NCBI RefSeq assembly: GCF_009914755.1
Contig: NC_060941.1
DNA: 64,000 nt
Direction: 5' to 3' (one strand)
Source: the human T2T-CHM13v2.0 reference genome, Homo sapiens
Shown: piece after piece, positions 61,485 through 64,000 of the stretch
Layout of the letters: every line of letters starts with the position of its first letter
Numbering within the stretch: position 1 is the stretch's first letter
The notes under the pieces: model-generated
Told to the model about the DNA's origin: nothing
What the model saw: only the letters and a program-made list of their open reading frames with translations
Database searches by the model: none
Translations under genes and position numbers: made by a program

Positions 61485-62071
61485 TGCTGAGGCTTGAGTA
61501 TGTAAACAAAGCAGCCAGGAAGCTCGAACTGGGTGGAGCCCACTACAGCTCAATGAGGCCTGCCTGCCTACCACTGTAGATTCCACCTCTGGGAGCAGGG
61601 CATAGCTGAACAAAAGGCAGCAGAAATTTCTGCAGACTTAAACGTCCCTGTCTGACAGCTCTGAAGAGAGAAGTGGTTCTCCCAGCATGGGGTTTGAGCT
61701 CTGAGAACAGACAGACTGCCTCCTCAAGTGGGTCCCTGACCCCCGTGTAGCCTAACTGGGAGACACCTCCCAGTAGGGGCCGACTGACACCTCATACAGC
61801 CAGGTGCCCCTCTGAGACGAAGCTTCCAGAGGAAGGATCAGGCAGCAATATTTGCTGTTCTGCAGCCTCCGTGGGTGATACCCAGGCAAACAGGGTCTGG
61901 AGTGGACCTCCAGCAAACTCCAACAGACCTGCAGCTGAGGGTCCTGACTATTAGAAAGAAAACTAACAAACAGAAAGGAATAGCATCAACATCAACAAAA
62001 AGGACATCCACACCAAAACCCCATCTGTAGGTCACCATCATCAAAGACCAAAGGTAGATAAAACCACAAAG
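61047..62071 (+). promoter_or_regulatory. L1 5' UTR internal sense/antisense promoter with YY1 site
   Basis: YY1 motif AAGATGGCC at 61058-61066; most CpGs decayed to TG/CA. Confidence 0.8.
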
Positions 62072-63093
62072 ATGAGAAGAAACCTGAGCAGAAAAGCTGA
62101 AAATTCTAAAAACCAGAGCCTCTTCTCCTACAAAGGATCACAGCTCCTCGCCAGCAATGGAACAAAGCTGGATGGAGAGTGACTTTCACAAGTTGACAGA
62201 AGTAGGCTTCAGAAGGTCAGTAATAACAAACTTCTCCAAGCTAAAGGAGGATGTTCGAACCCATCGCAAAGAAGCTAAAAACCTTGAAAAAAGATTAGAT
62301 GAATGGCTAACTAGAATAAACAGTGTAGAGAAGACCTTAAATGACCTGATGGAGCTGAAAACCATGGCACAAGAACTACGTGACGCATGCACAAGCTTCA
62401 GTAGCCGATTCGATCAAGTGGAAGAAAGGGTATCAGTGATTGAAGATCCAATGAACGAAATAAAGCAAGAAGAGAAATTTAGAGAAAAAAGAGTAGAAAG
62501 AAATGAACTAAGCCTCCAAGAAATATGGGACTATGTGAAAAGACCATCTATGTTTGATTGGTGTACCTGAAAGCGACGGGGAAAATGGAACCAAGTTGGA
62601 AAACACTCTTCAGGATATTATCCAGGAGAACTTCCCCAACCTAGCAAGGCAGGCCGACATTCAAATTCAGGAAATACAGAGAACACCACAAAGATACTCC
62701 TTGAGAAGATCAACCTCAAGACACATAATTGTCAGATTCACCAAGGTTGAAATGAAGGAAGAAATTTTAAGGGCAGCCAGAAAGAAAGGTCGGGTTACCC
62801 ACAAAGGGAAGCCCATCAGACTAACAGTGGATCTCTTGGCAGAAACCCTACAAGCCAGAAGAGAGTGGGGGCCAATATTCAACATTCTTAAAGAAAAGAA
62901 TTTTCAACCCAGAATTTCATATCCAGCTAAACTAAGCTTCATAAGTGAAGGAAAAATAAAATCCTTTACAGACAAGCAAATGCTGAGAGATTTTGTCACC
63001 ACCAGGCCTGCCTTACAAGAGTTCCTGAAGGAAGCACTGAACATGGAAAGGAACAACTGGTACCAGCCACTGCAAAAACATGCCAAATTGTAA
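62072..63093 (+). pseudogene. L1 ORF1p (RNA-binding protein), two frameshifts
   Basis: MRRNLSRKAENSKNQ.. / MEQSWMES..EIWDYVKRP / IGVPESDGENGTKLENTLQDIIQENFPNL..YPAKLSF..QKHAKL; shifts near 62120 and 62548. Confidence 0.95.
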
Positions 63094-63156
63094 AGACCAT
63101 CAATGCTAGGAAGAAACTGCATCAACTAACGAGCACAATAACCAGCTGACATCATA

Positions 63157-64000
63157 ATGACAGGATCAAATTCACACATAACAATATCTACCTTAAATGT
63201 AAATGAGCTAAATGCCCCAATTAAAAGACACAGACTGGCAAATTGGATAAAGAGTCGAGACACATCAGTGTGCTGTATTCAGGAGACCCATCTCACATGC
63301 AGAGACACACATAAGCTCAAAATAAAGGGATGGAGGAAGATCTACCAAGCAAATGGAAAACAAAAAAAAAGCAAGGGTTGCAATCCTAGTCTCTGATAAA
63401 ACAGACTTTAAACAAACAAATATGAAAAGAGACAAAGAAGGCCATTACATAATGGTAAAGGGATCAATTCAACAAGAAGACCTAACTATCCTAAATATAT
63501 ATGCATCCAATACAAGAGCACCCAGATTCATAAGGCAAGTCCTGAGAGACCTACAAAGAGACTTAGACTCCCACACAATAATAATGGGATACTTTAACAC
63601 CCCCCTGTCAATATTAGACAGATCAATGAGACAGATGGTTAATAAGGATATCCAGGACTTGAACTCAGCTCTGCACGAAGCAGACCTAATAGACATCTAC
63701 AGAACTCTCCCCCCCAAATCAACAAAATACACATTTTTCTCAGCACCACATCGCACTTATTCCAAAATTGACCACATAGTTGGAAGTAAAGCACTCCTCA
63801 GCAAATGTAAAAGAACAGAAATCACAACAAACTGTCTCTCAGACCACAGTGCAATCAAATTAGAACTCAGGATTAAGAAACTCACTCAAAACCACACAAC
63901 TACATGGAAACTGAACAACCTGCTCCTGAACGACTACTGGGTAAATAACGAAATGAAGGCAGAAATAAAGATGTTCTTTGAAACCAATGAGAACAAAGAC
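63157..64000 (+). pseudogene. L1 ORF2p N-terminal endonuclease, inactivated
   Basis: MTGSNSHITI..CCIQETHL; frameshift in A-run ~63362-63370; GDFN motif reads GYFN (TAC at 63590); SDH intact. Confidence 0.95.

Larger units (their letters stand above)
61047..64000 (+). mobile_element. LINE-1 with intact 5' end, L1PA6/L1PA7-like; runs off the window
   Basis: ttccaagatggccgaatagg start, ~1025-bp 5' UTR, ORF1, 63-bp spacer (63094-63156), ORF2 endonuclease. Confidence 0.97.

Noticed and set aside
61047-64000. Retrotransposition-competent L1
   Set aside because: Two ORF1 frameshifts, an ORF2 frameshift and a GDFN-to-GYFN endonuclease change.

Overview
Primate (most likely human) genomic DNA that is repeat-dense and apparently intronic or intergenic. 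I found no host protein-coding exon, tRNA, rRNA, CRISPR array or CpG island. The ORF-track entries I could assign derive from Alu, L1, LTR, DNA-transposon or tandem-repeat sequence, and the rest look like chance frames. Contents: 30 Alu-family SINEs, the 5' 3 kb of an inactivated L1PA6/7-like LINE-1 at the right edge, older L1/L2/MIR fragments, MaLR/ERV LTRs, DNA transposons (Tigger2a, MER58, MER5, MER20, MER53, MADE2, MER82-like) and a 29-bp VNTR. Structures the repeats do not explain: (1) a ~400-bp inverted, locally templated insertion (26542-26970 copied to 28878-29261) flanked by a 16-20 bp direct repeat, with a hairpin at one junction; (2) an apparently repeat-free, CpG-retaining stretch with four co-oriented TCF/LEF sites (50486-50850), a candidate Wnt-responsive enhancer; (3) a pre-miRNA-sized hairpin inside a MIR (11992-12068); (4) a two-block VNTR capped by a near-perfect 62-bp palindrome; (5) an L1 antisense ORF0-like frame with an apparently gained strong splice donor. 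Subfamily names come from recalled consensus sequences and old-element boundaries are approximate. No database search was run.
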